NCBI GenBank assembly: GCA_963668315.1
Contig: OY764216.1
Coordinates: forward strand, 1,792,001 to 1,856,000
DNA length: 64,000 bases
Reading direction: 5' to 3'
From: Spirochaetia bacterium
GTDB taxonomy: Bacteria > Spirochaetota > Spirochaetia > DSM-2461
Part shown: positions 31,748-41,631 of the stretch, piece by piece
Numbering within the stretch: the first letter of the stretch is position 1
Layout of the letters: each line of letters begins with the position of its first letter
Position numbers and translations under genes: made by a program
Notes under the pieces: model-generated
Told to the model about the DNA's origin: nothing
The model's input: the letters and a program-made list of their open reading frames with translations, nothing else
Databases searched by the model: none

Positions 31748-33079
31748 ATGAAAAGAAATTTCCTTCTCCCGTGCCTGTTATTTTTCTTTTTCACTTCTCT
31801 CTCCTGGTCGCAGGAGTTCCTCGCCGAGCCATCGGTCAGAGTGAAAGGCGTGACCTATCTGATTTCTGAAAACAAATCTATCCGCGCGGGACTCACCCGG
31901 GAGCCTGCTCTCAGAAAATTCTATGATATCAATGTGGGAGACTACTTCGAATCCCGCGAGGAGCTGGAGAAAAAACTGGAACTGGTCACCAGGAATCTGA
32001 ATGCTCAGCAGATATATAAGGATATCACCTACGAAGTCAGCTACTGGTATGAAAAGAGTTTTTTCAACCCCTCCCAGCTGACCGCCCATATCACGATATC
32101 CGTGGAAGATTCCCTTTCCCTCTATCTTTTTCCCTTCGCCCTCTACGACAGCAACCTGGGAATGGTTTTCGGAGGAAATTTCAGTTATGATAATGTCCTG
32201 GGAACCCTGACGAATCTGAGTCTCTCCGGTTATGGCGGTCCCGAAACCTGGCAGATCGGGGGTGTTTGGGATAGTGTCCCCCTGGGCCGGCTGAAGGGCG
32301 ACTTTTCCCTCTACTGCCAGCAGGAGAGAACGCGGCGAGTCGACGATGACGATAAAACGGTTCTGGAATACACCAATCTGCTCCTGGATACTTTTATGAA
32401 AATCGATTTTCCCCTTTCCTACGGCTGGAAAGTTTCATTTCAGCCCCAGGTCAGTTATCCCTTCAATTATGATCTTGTCTCATGGGACCCATTCTACGGC
32501 AGGGAAGAGTTCGATACTCTTGTCCCCAGGACTTCTCTTTCCATCAAAGAGAGCCTCGTCTATGCCAATATCCTCTGGGAGCAGAACTTCCGTATCGGAC
32601 TGGAAGGAACCGCCTCACTGGAAATGGAAAGTTATGTTGATGAATGGGAGCCGGTTCATTCCGTGGAAGGATCGGTCAGTGCGTTCTACAGGCCCCTTTC
32701 ATTCCTGGGAATGGGGCATCATGTATCGGCCTTCTATGTTTTCAACGGCATAAGGGAAGGGGCGGGGAGTTACATCCGCGGGGTTCTCGATCACCTGATG
32801 TACGGGGAATGGGGCGTTTATCTCAATAATAACGTGGATATCCGAGCCATCTCATTGGCTCCGGTGGTTGAAATCCACTGTTATCCCCTTATCGATTTCG
32901 GGCTTGTCTGCAACAGTTCTACACCCTATGAGGCTTATGACTACCGTCTGGCCGCCGGATTCGGTATCACCTTCTTCCCCCTGTTCCTGCAGAGCCTGCA
33001 GCTGAATGTGGAAGCGGGATACGATCTTTTCAATAAGGGGCGCCCGGAAATTACATTCAAGTCGGAACTTTTTTTCTGA
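31748..33079 (+). CDS. Putative outer-membrane beta-barrel protein (Omp85/TamA-like architecture)
   Basis: Signal peptide, POTRA-like N-terminal part, N.LGT strand, IRG motif and C-terminal Phe. Confidence 0.6.
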   Translation: MKRNFLLPCLLFFFFTSLSWSQEFLAEPSVRVKGVTYLISENKSIRAGLTREPALRKFYDINVGDYFESREELEKKLELVTRNLNAQQIYKDITYEVSYWYEKSFFNPSQLTAHITISVEDSLSLYLFPFALYDSNLGMVFGGNFSYDNVLGTLTNLSLSGYGGPETWQIGGVWDSVPLGRLKGDFSLYCQQERTRRVDDDDKTVLEYTNLLLDTFMKIDFPLSYGWKVSFQPQVSYPFNYDLVSWDPFYGREEFDTLVPRTSLSIKESLVYANILWEQNFRIGLEGTASLEMESYVDEWEPVHSVEGSVSAFYRPLSFLGMGHHVSAFYVFNGIREGAGSYIRGVLDHLMYGEWGVYLNNNVDIRAISLAPVVEIHCYPLIDFGLVCNSSTPYEAYDYRLAAGFGITFFPLFLQSLQLNVEAGYDLFNKGRPEITFKSELFF

Positions 33080-33150
33080 TCCGTTCCCCGCTTGATTCCG
33101 TCGGGCCGGCGGGTCTGTCCGGCCCTGGGAAGGGACCGGACATTTATCGA

Positions 33151-33348
33151 TCAGGCGGTAAGGGTTTTCTCTACCAGATAGTTGGTTCTCAGGCAGCTTT
33201 CCATCAGCTGCTTGGGCATAAACTCTTCCCTCTCTGTTTTCCAGTCATCGCGGTATCGGGTGATTTTTACATTGTAACCGTCCTTTAACTCCTCAAGGAT
33301 TGTTATGCTCTCTTTGCTCAAAGATCCGTTTACCAGAAATTCTCTCAT
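33151..33348 (-). CDS. Small hypothetical protein, 65 aa
   Basis: Strong GGAGG RBS, sigma28-like promoter, occupies the intergenic space. Confidence 0.75.
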   Translation of the reverse strand: MREFLVNGSLSKESITILEELKDGYNVKITRYRDDWKTEREEFMPKQLMESCLRTNYLVEKTLTA

Positions 33349-33381
33349 TGTGTTTTCCTCCAGGTGGATGATTTAGTACTA

Positions 33382-33408
33382 TTATCGGAGGGGGAAAATA
33401 TTTCTTAA
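33382..33408 (-). promoter_or_regulatory. sigma28 (FliA)-type promoter
   Basis: TTAA-N15-TCCGATAA; very similar to the site upstream of flgF. Confidence 0.65.
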
Positions 33409-33456
33409 GACTTCTTTCACTTTACAATTGCCTGCGATTGAATTATGATCAGACTA

Positions 33457-33753
33457 ATGAAAGAATTAACAAGTCAGCAGCGAAGTTATCTGACGAAAAA
33501 GGCCCATGACCTGAATCCTGTGGTTATGGTCGGGCAGAAGGGAATGACCGAATCTCTGGTCGCCATGGTGGATGAGTCTCTGAAAAATCATGAGCTTATC
33601 AAAGTGAAATTTGTAGATTATAAAGAGAGCCGCCGGGAAATTTCCGATGATATCTGCCAAAAGTGCAACGCCCACCTGATCAGGGTCGTCGGCAATATCG
33701 CCATAATCTTCCGCGAGCAGGAAGACCCCGCCAAAAGACACTATAAAATCTGA
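33457..33753 (+). CDS. yhbY: YhbY/CRM-domain RNA-binding ribosome assembly protein
   Basis: LT.QQR.YL..AH.L.PVV.VG..G and HELIKVK. Confidence 0.92.
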   Translation: MKELTSQQRSYLTKKAHDLNPVVMVGQKGMTESLVAMVDESLKNHELIKVKFVDYKESRREISDDICQKCNAHLIRVVGNIAIIFREQEDPAKRHYKI

Positions 33754-34253
33754 TGGATGCTTCCTTCCTAACCGGACTGTCCCGCTCCATGATTCTCTAC
33801 TTCAGGGGGGATCAGAAACGTGTCCATCACGCGTTGAAGGTCCACTCCTTTGCCTCCCTGCTGGGCCGTCTGGAAGGATTTGACGCCCGCCTTCAGATAG
33901 TTCTGGAGACGGCGGCCCTGCTCCATGATATCGGAATTCCCCGGGCCGAGGAGAAATACGGCTCCTCCGCCGGGCCCTATCAGGAAAAGGAGGGACCCGC
34001 CGTGGCTGCGGAGCTTCTGGCCGGTTTTCCCCTGGAGCAAGCGGACCTTGAGCGTGTGCTGTTTCTCATCGGGCACCACCACAGCTACGGAGCGGTGGAC
34101 GGTCCCGATTTCCAGGTACTGATAGAAGCGGACTTTCTTGTGAATATGTTCGAGGACGAAATGTCCCTTGAGCAGATAGAAGCCGTGGAGAGGAACATCT
34201 TCAAGACCGATTCGGGCCGCGAACTACTGAAATCCCTTTACTCTTCCCTGTAA
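33753..34253 (+). CDS. HD-domain phosphohydrolase
   Basis: H.LKV, LLHDIG, GHHH, EADFLVN. Confidence 0.85.
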   Translation: MDASFLTGLSRSMILYFRGDQKRVHHALKVHSFASLLGRLEGFDARLQIVLETAALLHDIGIPRAEEKYGSSAGPYQEKEGPAVAAELLAGFPLEQADLERVLFLIGHHHSYGAVDGPDFQVLIEADFLVNMFEDEMSLEQIEAVERNIFKTDSGRELLKSLYSSL

Positions 34254-34861
34254 GCCCTGGCCGCCATGGCCCGGCTGATATCATCGCTTTTTCTTAACAC
34301 ACCATCCACAAGCGGCTCCACCCTGTAACGAAGGCGTATAAAGGGATTTCTCCTTTTATGAAAGCAGCGGTTTCTCGCCGCCCTGTCCAGCGTAGCCGAC
34401 TCGTCCATGATGAGGGGGAGGAATGTCAGGGTCAGGGTAATATGGGTTTTCAGACGGCGTGCCGGGAACAGGGGAATCCAGTGTGTCAGGTTATGAAAGG
34501 CATCGCCCAGTTCCGCCGGATGGGCGCAGGAGGTAAACAGAATCCCCGTCCAGAAAATCTGGAGAAAACGGGCTCCGCTGATCAGGCCCGGACACCAGGT
34601 CCCGGTCTGTCTGACGTCGCTGAGCAGAAGAAGCAGTGCCATGACAAGGGCGAAAACCACCGCTCCTTTCATTTTCCCCAGGGCCGGCTTTACCAGTAAC
34701 GTTCCCAGAATAAGAAAGGGAAAGGCAGCGGCCAGAACGGGTACGGGGCCTACTCCCAGGGCAATGGAGAAGCAGAGGAGCAGAAGAAGCTTGGCGGTAG
34801 GGGGAAGCCGGTGGAGGAGAGAGTTCCCCGGCCGGTAATGAAGAAAGGCTACTTCAGCCAT
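34238..34861 (-). CDS. bioN: ECF transporter T component (biotin)
   Basis: Y.PGNS.LHRL.P..KL and two ARx motifs; part of the bioY operon. Confidence 0.8.
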   Translation of the reverse strand: MAEVAFLHYRPGNSLLHRLPPTAKLLLLLCFSIALGVGPVPVLAAAFPFLILGTLLVKPALGKMKGAVVFALVMALLLLLSDVRQTGTWCPGLISGARFLQIFWTGILFTSCAHPAELGDAFHNLTHWIPLFPARRLKTHITLTLTFLPLIMDESATLDRAARNRCFHKRRNPFIRLRYRVEPLVDGVLRKSDDISRAMAARAYREE

Positions 34862-35586
34862 GTCAGTCCCTCCGGTCTGCGGACTCCCCAGGTTTCCAGA
34901 TGGGGCCATATCTCCTCCCGGGACCCCTCCCGATGAATCCTGCCCCGTCCCATGAGAAGGAAACTGTCTCCGTGGGCGGCGCATTTGGCCAGATCGTGGG
35001 TAATCAGCAGAAGGGTCATCCCCTTCTCATGGAGGGGAATGAGGGTTCTCAGCACCTGGTCCACCCCCTCCCAGTCCAGTCCGGTAAAGGGTTCATCCAG
35101 GACAAGAAGGTCCGGTTCCATGGCAAGGATCCCGCCTATGGCCACCCGTTTTTTCTCTCCCCCCGAAAGGCTGTGGGGCCTGCGATTCATGAAAGGGGCC
35201 AGGCCCAGTTCATCCCTGACAAGGGAAACCCGTCTTTTAATCTCCCCTTCGGGCAGCCCGAGATTGACCGGGCCGAAGGCCAGTTCCCTTTCAACTGTCT
35301 GTTCAATGAACTGGAGATCGGAATTCTGAAAGACCAGTCCCACCCGGCGGCGGATCTCATCCCCCATGGTGCTGATATTCCTTCCCCGGAAAAAGATCTC
35401 CCCCCGGTCCGGCTTTTCCAGGCCGTTAAGATGATTCATCAGAACCGTTTTCCCCGAACCGTTGGCCCCCGCCAGAATGGTCCAGCTCCCTTCTTTCAGG
35501 GAAAAGCTGATTCCCTCTAGGACGGGACGGCCCTTTTCGAAGGAGCGGTCCAGGTTCCGGACTTCCAGCAGGGGAGTTGCGCTCAT
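34849..35586 (-). CDS. bioM: ECF transporter ATPase (biotin)
   Basis: GANGSGKT, LSGGEKKR, LDEP. Confidence 0.85.
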   Translation of the reverse strand: MSATPLLEVRNLDRSFEKGRPVLEGISFSLKEGSWTILAGANGSGKTVLMNHLNGLEKPDRGEIFFRGRNISTMGDEIRRRVGLVFQNSDLQFIEQTVERELAFGPVNLGLPEGEIKRRVSLVRDELGLAPFMNRRPHSLSGGEKKRVAIGGILAMEPDLLVLDEPFTGLDWEGVDQVLRTLIPLHEKGMTLLLITHDLAKCAAHGDSFLLMGRGRIHREGSREEIWPHLETWGVRRPEGLTWLK

Positions 35587-36134
35587 TCCTCGTTATCCCC
35601 ATAAAATCGGGGTATCATCAGGCGGGCCAGGAGAACGGCGGCGATGGCCTTGAGAATATCACCGGTAAGAAAGGGGGTGAAACCGGCCGCCAGGGTTTCG
35701 GGCCAGGTCAGGGAGAGTCTGAATTTGAGCCAGGGCAGACCGGGAAGGTAGATCAGTACGGTCCCGGCAATAACGGCGGCTATCAGCCTGGGCAGGATGT
35801 TGCTGCCCCCAGCTTTCACCGGATTAACGATCAGTCCGCAGACCGCCGCCGCCAGGAAATAACCCAGCAGATACCCCCCGGTGGGACCCGTCAGAACGGC
35901 AAATCCTCCCTTGGCGCCGGAGAAAACCGGAAGTCCCACCGCACCGAGCAGTAGATAGACCGCCACGGCGGCGGCTCCCCCCCTGAAACCCAGGAGCATC
36001 CCTGCCAGTAGGATGAACAGAGTGGCCAGGACGACGGGAACCGGTCCAACGGGCACGGCGATGTAAGCTCCGGCAATAATCAGGGCCGTAAAAAGGGCGG
36101 TCAACACAATTTTCTGAATCTCGTTTTTTTCCAT
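35583..36134 (-). CDS. bioY: Biotin ECF S component BioY
   Basis: GPVP, GLPVF.G and GPTGGYL.G; start reassigned to the ATG at 36134. Confidence 0.92.
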   Translation of the reverse strand: MEKNEIQKIVLTALFTALIIAGAYIAVPVGPVPVVLATLFILLAGMLLGFRGGAAAVAVYLLLGAVGLPVFSGAKGGFAVLTGPTGGYLLGYFLAAAVCGLIVNPVKAGGSNILPRLIAAVIAGTVLIYLPGLPWLKFRLSLTWPETLAAGFTPFLTGDILKAIAAVLLARLMIPRFYGDNEE

Positions 36135-36186
36135 ACCATATCCTTTATCTCTTAAAATCGGGAGTAGCGCAGTCGGCCGGCTCCTC

Positions 36187-37122
36187 CTATGATGTTCTTT
36201 CCGTTTTTTCGCACTCCCCGGGCAGTACGGTACGACCCGTATCCAAAAGGAGGGCTCCCGAATCGCTGACTTCCCGGGGAATCCCCGCCAGCCTTTCACC
36301 GTGGCCAAGGGAAAACAGAACCCGGCCCCGCCGTATCAGCATATCGTTGTAAAGCTTCGGCAGGGAGTCGTCCCCTTCTTTTCTGTGCCTTTCCATGCCG
36401 TTCAGGTAACGTTTAATCAGATCGGACCGGGAGAGATTTCGGCCTGTCAGCGAACTCAGTGAGCAGGTCTGACCGGGCAGGGGAGGGGCGTTGTTCACGT
36501 TGATCCCCACCCCCAGGTTAAAGCGGGTTATCCGCTCTTCCTCCCCGGAGAAGGCCGCCAGTACGCCGATGATTTTTTTCCCTTCCACAAGAATATCGTT
36601 GGGCCATTTAATGAAAGCATTCTGCCCGTAATCGTCCCTGAGTACTTCCGTCAACGTTACCAGAGCGGCCATGGTGGCCCGGTAGCTCCGGGGCGAGGGA
36701 AGGACCGAAGAGAAGCTGTGGGTAAAGAAAAGTCCGCCCCGGGGAGAGACCCACTCCCTCTCCCTTCTGCCGCGCCCGGCGTTCTGTACATCGGCGGTGA
36801 CGACAAAATCCTCCCCGCCTCCCTGGCGGCTGAGTATATCGTCGGCATAGTCCATGGTGGAACCGGTCTCTTCCAGGCAGTAGAATCTCTCCCGGCCCGA
36901 AAAGAGGTGGGCCCCCATGGGATCATCCGGTTTTCCCGTCAGGCGGTATCCCTTCCGGGATGATTCTATGGAGTAGCCCATCTCTTCCAGACGGCCTATC
37001 TGCTTCCAGACCGCCACACGGGAGATCCCCAGGTGGCGGCTCAGAACTTCCCCCGAAATGGACCCGTCCGCTCCTTCGAGAAGCGAAAGCAGTATAGCCC
37101 GTGAATCGTTAATGTTAACCAT
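36187..37122 (-). CDS. birA: Bifunctional biotin ligase/repressor BirA
   Basis: N-terminal HTH (SGE.LS..LGISRVAVWK), GRGR, KWPND, GVGINV. Confidence 0.93.
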   Translation of the reverse strand: MVNINDSRAILLSLLEGADGSISGEVLSRHLGISRVAVWKQIGRLEEMGYSIESSRKGYRLTGKPDDPMGAHLFSGRERFYCLEETGSTMDYADDILSRQGGGEDFVVTADVQNAGRGRREREWVSPRGGLFFTHSFSSVLPSPRSYRATMAALVTLTEVLRDDYGQNAFIKWPNDILVEGKKIIGVLAAFSGEEERITRFNLGVGINVNNAPPLPGQTCSLSSLTGRNLSRSDLIKRYLNGMERHRKEGDDSLPKLYNDMLIRRGRVLFSLGHGERLAGIPREVSDSGALLLDTGRTVLPGECEKTERTS

Positions 37123-37143
37123 GATAAAATGAAGGTTAACGAA
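37111..37143. promoter_or_regulatory. BirA operator overlapping the birA -10 box and start codon
   Basis: AATGTTAAC-N15-GTTAACGAA fits the BirA consensus wwTGTtAAC-N14-16-GTTaACAww. Confidence 0.8.
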
Positions 37144-37203
37144 AGTATGTAATTTAGTCAAGTTATCCTTTTCGATTCGACAAAAATAGTTTAGAATAGT
37201 AAT

Positions 37204-38706
37204 ATGAATAGTAAAAATCCGACCCTTAATAGCTTGATTGAGAAGCAGAGGGAGATAAAATTACTCGGTTCCATCCAGGCTCTCCTGGATTGGGATCAGG
37301 AAACCTATATGCCGGAAAAAGCCATTGAATGGCGCTCGGAACAGCTTGCCTGGCTTTCCGGACAGGCCCATCGCCGGGAGACGTCGAAGGAGATCGGCGC
37401 TTTTCTGGAGGAGCTCCGCGGGTATGCCCCGGCCGGCGACAGGGAAAAGGCCCTCATTGACATATCCCTCCGGGACTACCGGCGGGCCCTTGCTTTTCCC
37501 GAAGAGTATGTCGTGGAGAAAGCCCGCCATCACAGCCGGGCTCAGAATGCCTGGGTAAAAGCCCGGGAAGCGGGGGACTTCGAAGCCTTCCGTCCCTTCC
37601 TGGAAAAAAATATGGAGTATGCCCGGCGCGATGCGGACTATCTCGGCTACGAAGGCCACCCCTACAACGCCCTCCTGGATCTTTACGAGCCGGGAATGAA
37701 GGCCGAGCGGGTGAAGTCGCTCTTCGATCCCCTCGGCGATTACCTTGCCGATCTGGTCAGAAGAATCGGCGCAGCCGATCAGGTAAAGGATGATTTCCTC
37801 CATCTCAGCTGTCCCGTAGAAGGACAGGAAACTCTGGGGAAGGAGATCCTCCGGCTCATAGGCTATGAATTCGACCGAGGGCGGCTCGATCCCACCGCCC
37901 ATCCTTTCACCACCGAACTGGGGCCCCATGACGTGCGCGTCACCACCCGCTACGATGAGTTCGAGTTCACCTCCAACCTGTTCAGTGTTATCCATGAGGG
38001 GGGGCACGCCCTGTACGAGCTGGGAGTCGATGGGGACATCGCCGAAACCATCCTCGGCACGGGGACTTCCCTGGGGATCCACGAGTCCCAGTCCCGCTTC
38101 TGGGAAAACCTCCTGGGGCGGAGCCGCGCCTTCTGCGAAGGATTCCTTCCCCTGTTTAAGGACACCTTCCCCGATGTTTTCGGCAAGATAGACGGGGAAA
38201 CCCTCTACCGGGCCATCAACCGGGTCAAACCCTCCCTCATCCGCATCGAAGCGGACGAAGTGACCTACAGTCTTCACGTGATCCTCCGGTTCAACCTGGA
38301 AATGGCCCTCCTGGAGGGCAGCCTGGCCGTGAAGGATCTGCCCGAAGCCTGGAACGCCGAATCGGGAAAGCTTCTGGGAGTCGTCCCTTCCCATGTCGCC
38401 GAAGGGGTTCTGCAGGATGTTCACTGGTCCCACGGCCTCATCGGCTATTTCCCCACCTACGCCCTGGGAAATCTCTACGGCGCCCAGTTCCTGGACCGCA
38501 TGAAAAAAGATCTTCCCGGCCTGGACGGCAGCCTGCGAAACCGGAACTGCGAGCCGCCCCTCGCCTGGCTGCGGGAGAAGATCCACCGGCACGGGTCGGT
38601 TTATACCGCCGACGAGCTCTGCCTCCGCGTGACGGGGGAAGAACTGGACTATCGTTACTTTACTGACTATCTGGAAAGAAAATACGCAGAGATATATGGA
38701 GTATAA
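37204..38706 (+). CDS. Carboxypeptidase M32 (Taq family)
   Basis: HPF, DVRVTT, HEGGH, HESQS, IRIEADE, QDVHW, GYFPTY. Confidence 0.95.
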   Translation: MNSKNPTLNSLIEKQREIKLLGSIQALLDWDQETYMPEKAIEWRSEQLAWLSGQAHRRETSKEIGAFLEELRGYAPAGDREKALIDISLRDYRRALAFPEEYVVEKARHHSRAQNAWVKAREAGDFEAFRPFLEKNMEYARRDADYLGYEGHPYNALLDLYEPGMKAERVKSLFDPLGDYLADLVRRIGAADQVKDDFLHLSCPVEGQETLGKEILRLIGYEFDRGRLDPTAHPFTTELGPHDVRVTTRYDEFEFTSNLFSVIHEGGHALYELGVDGDIAETILGTGTSLGIHESQSRFWENLLGRSRAFCEGFLPLFKDTFPDVFGKIDGETLYRAINRVKPSLIRIEADEVTYSLHVILRFNLEMALLEGSLAVKDLPEAWNAESGKLLGVVPSHVAEGVLQDVHWSHGLIGYFPTYALGNLYGAQFLDRMKKDLPGLDGSLRNRNCEPPLAWLREKIHRHGSVYTADELCLRVTGEELDYRYFTDYLERKYAEIYGV

Positions 38707-38709
38707 AGC

Positions 38710-39603
38710 ATGTCAGACCGCTTGATAATGGAAACCCTGCCCCTCGATAAGAGAGCGGCAGACTATGTCAACACCGCCGTCCTCAGAACCAGTCTTCTGA
38801 AAAAGCAGACCGAGTTCCGCGTTCTGGTCCCTGGAAACGTAGCCATGCTCGTTTTCTACTTCGGCCGGGGAATCTACGAGATCCGGGAAGACCGCTGGGT
38901 CCGCCCCGAATCCCCCGTATCCTTCATGGGCATACAGACCGAGCCCCGCTACTTCGCCGATCTGGAAGAGTACGAAGCGGTTCTGTTCTACCTCACCCCC
39001 TACGGGGTCAGCTCCCTCTTCGGCAAGGACGCCGCCTCCCTGGTGAACAAATCCTACCAGAAAGTCCCCGCCCTGGAAGAGCACATGCCCTGGCTTACCG
39101 ACGAAAATTTCCTCGCGCTGCCCCTTAAAGAGCGCGCCGGCCGCATCGCCGAAGGAGTGCAGACCTATTTTCTGGAGAAAAGCCGGTCCGCCCCGGAAAC
39201 TCTCATCAAAATCCATGATTACGTCGAATCCTCCCACGGCTCCATACAGGTCAAGGATCTGGCGGACAAGCTCAGCCTCACCCGTCAGAACCTCTTCTAC
39301 CTGGCCAAAAAACACATGGGGGTCAATCTCAACGTCTACAGCCGCATAGAGAGGCTCCGTTACGCCATCTCCCTCCTTCAGAAGGGTTACAAATGGAGCG
39401 AAATCGTCTCCGTGGCCGGCTATTACGATTACTCCCACCTGACCAAGGACCTCAAGCTCTTCACCCACATGCCCGTGGCCCGCTACAAGGAACTCATCAA
39501 AAACGACAATTCCGACCTTACCGAGTTCATGCGCAACCAGGTGGGCTGTTTCTACTACTATCTGCCCCCCTCCGGACTTTTTTCCATGGGAGCTCACAGG
39601 TAG
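38710..39603 (+). CDS. AraC-family regulator
   Basis: C-terminal HTH with AGYYDYSHLTKDLK.FT. Confidence 0.8.
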   Translation: MSDRLIMETLPLDKRAADYVNTAVLRTSLLKKQTEFRVLVPGNVAMLVFYFGRGIYEIREDRWVRPESPVSFMGIQTEPRYFADLEEYEAVLFYLTPYGVSSLFGKDAASLVNKSYQKVPALEEHMPWLTDENFLALPLKERAGRIAEGVQTYFLEKSRSAPETLIKIHDYVESSHGSIQVKDLADKLSLTRQNLFYLAKKHMGVNLNVYSRIERLRYAISLLQKGYKWSEIVSVAGYYDYSHLTKDLKLFTHMPVARYKELIKNDNSDLTEFMRNQVGCFYYYLPPSGLFSMGAHR

Positions 39604-39606
39604 ATT

Positions 39607-39703
39607 GCGGGCGGCCCGGCGCTTCGCGCCGTCGGGCTATGCGGGGGTGTCCGTCGCGTTGCGACCCGGGCCTCCCGGCCCGGCCCCTCCTATCCCTCCC
39701 GCG
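39607..39703 (+). ncRNA. Flavo-1-like structured RNA / palindromic repeat element, copy B
   Basis: GCGGGCGGCCC-GGCGC TTC GCGCC-GTCGGGCTAT...TATCCCTCCCGC; same frame as the 10905 copy; lies between convergent genes. Confidence 0.45.
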
Positions 39704-40579
39704 TCAGCTGCGCTGACCTCCCGAAAGATACATGAGAACCACTCCGATAAAAATCAGTCCGTAGCCGAACACATGGACCGCCGAAACGGCCTCTCCCAGG
39801 ACAATAATTCCCAGGAGTGCCGCCGTCAGCGGTTCGGTCATTCCCAGAACAAAGGCGTGGCCGGCGGGAATCCCCTCCAGGGATCGGTTGAACAGGGCGT
39901 AGGGCACCGAGGCGGAAAGGACTCCCAGAAGAATCAGGGGAACAATCGTCCGGATATGGGGAATCACCATCCAGTCGGCCCGGATGAGAAGGGGCGTCAT
40001 GACAAGCCCCCCCAGAAACATGACCAGCGTCGTCACATCCAGGGAACTGCGGTTTTTCTGGAGCCTCTTCATGGTCAGTCCCGTCAGGCTCCAGCCCAGA
40101 CAGGCCCCCAGGGCAAACAGAAGTCCCGTCGGATCAACCAGATATTCCCAGTTTATCCAGGCCAGAACAATCGATCCCGCCAGAGTCATGCCCACCGACC
40201 GGTACCAGCGGCTTGTCAGGGGCGTCCGGTCGACAAAGTGTTCAATCAGCCCGGCGAAAAGGGGAGAGAGGCCTATGTAAATCATCGTGCTCAGTCCCAC
40301 TCCCGCCTTCAGAACGGCGGTGAAGAAACTTATCTGCGTCAGGGTAATGGCCACAATGCTCAGAAGGAGAGTTTTACCCTCACCCGGAACGGGGCGGAGA
40401 ATCCGTCCGATATGCTTCCCCGAATAGGCCAGCAGAAACAGACCTCCGATCAGGAGCCGGAAAGCGCCTATGGACAGGGAGGTGAATCCCTCGGGCAGCA
40501 GAGAGGCCAGTGTTCCCGAACACCCCCAGGTTATGCCGGCGAAGAGGGCCTGGACCGAATATTTCCTAGATGAGGACAT
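39704..40579 (-). CDS. DMT/EamA-family transporter
   Basis: About 10 TM helices in two EamA repeats (WG, R..IGG, EPL.A). Confidence 0.85.
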   Translation of the reverse strand: MSSSRKYSVQALFAGITWGCSGTLASLLPEGFTSLSIGAFRLLIGGLFLLAYSGKHIGRILRPVPGEGKTLLLSIVAITLTQISFFTAVLKAGVGLSTMIYIGLSPLFAGLIEHFVDRTPLTSRWYRSVGMTLAGSIVLAWINWEYLVDPTGLLFALGACLGWSLTGLTMKRLQKNRSSLDVTTLVMFLGGLVMTPLLIRADWMVIPHIRTIVPLILLGVLSASVPYALFNRSLEGIPAGHAFVLGMTEPLTAALLGIIVLGEAVSAVHVFGYGLIFIGVVLMYLSGGQRS

Positions 40580-41558
40580 GCCGTTCCTCCCCATGGGCGG
40601 CGAAGTACTCCCTGTACAGTTCGTCCATCTCCCCGGCTGTTCCGGCGTTGACGATGCGGCTGGAGTGGAGGTGATGTCCGAAGCGTAGATTCTCGCTGAA
40701 ATACAGACTGAACCTGCGGGCCCTGGTTTTATGAAATTCCGGGGGCTGATGAATCAGCAGAAGATCGTAAAACCGTTCCCAGCACTCCAGAAGATCGATC
40801 CTGACCGTTTCCAGGGGCTCTCCGGCAAGGCGTTTTTTAATCAGGGCGAAGAACCAGGGCTGCCTCACGGCCTGCCGCCCGATCATGGAACCGCCGGGCC
40901 GCTGCTTTTCCCAACAGTTCCGATAGGATTCCCAGCTGTTGATATGCCCGTTGGCCACTACAGGTATGGGCAGTTCCCTTTGAAGAAGGCCGATAAAATC
41001 CTTGCGGGGAGGACGGGAGCCCTTCTCCTTCCGAGTCTTGGGATGGAGAACCAGAAAGTCGGCCCCCGCCTCGGCCAGGGCCCGGGCAAAGGAGAGCAGT
41101 TCCTCCCCGTTCTCCTTCTCTCCCAATCGGATCTTGGCCGAGAGGGCTATCTCTTCAGGCAGAACATCGCGCAGGTTTTTTATGATATCCGCCGCTTTCT
41201 CCCCGGACCGCATCAGGGCGCAGCCGGCTCCGTATTTGATGATGTGCGGGGCGGAACAGCCCATGTTCACATCGATTCCCGCCGGGGAGAGGCGGGCCAG
41301 TTTTTCCGCCGCCCCGGTAATCTCGTTCCGGTCCTGTCCGATCAGCTGGAAAATCATACGGTCCGCACCGGGCTCCGTCCTGTCATAATACTCTTCCAGG
41401 GGACCCCCCTGACGGTAGAGCCGGGCGTCAATCATCTCCGAATAATAATAATCGCATCCGCCGTAGCCCTCTATCAGCAGGCGGAACCCGGCGTGGGTCA
41501 GATCCGCCATGGGGGCGAGGAACAGAGTATGCCTGTCGGCACCAAGGGGTAATTTCAT
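40566..41558 (-). CDS. tRNA-dihydrouridine synthase family protein
   Basis: LAPMA, SEMI, IDVNMGCSA, KIRLG, HP.T, NG.I, MIGR. Confidence 0.88.
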   Translation of the reverse strand: MKLPLGADRHTLFLAPMADLTHAGFRLLIEGYGGCDYYYSEMIDARLYRQGGPLEEYYDRTEPGADRMIFQLIGQDRNEITGAAEKLARLSPAGIDVNMGCSAPHIIKYGAGCALMRSGEKAADIIKNLRDVLPEEIALSAKIRLGEKENGEELLSFARALAEAGADFLVLHPKTRKEKGSRPPRKDFIGLLQRELPIPVVANGHINSWESYRNCWEKQRPGGSMIGRQAVRQPWFFALIKKRLAGEPLETVRIDLLECWERFYDLLLIHQPPEFHKTRARRFSLYFSENLRFGHHLHSSRIVNAGTAGEMDELYREYFAAHGEERHVLI

Positions 41559-41631
41559 CTTTTCTCCGGCGGAAAGAATACCACAATCACAGGGCTTCTC
41601 CAATGGCCGGAAGGGGGCTATAATCGGGAAT

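Noticed and set aside
39605..40573. 322-aa plus-strand ORF
   Set aside because: Antisense to the EamA transporter and starts within a GC-rich structured element.
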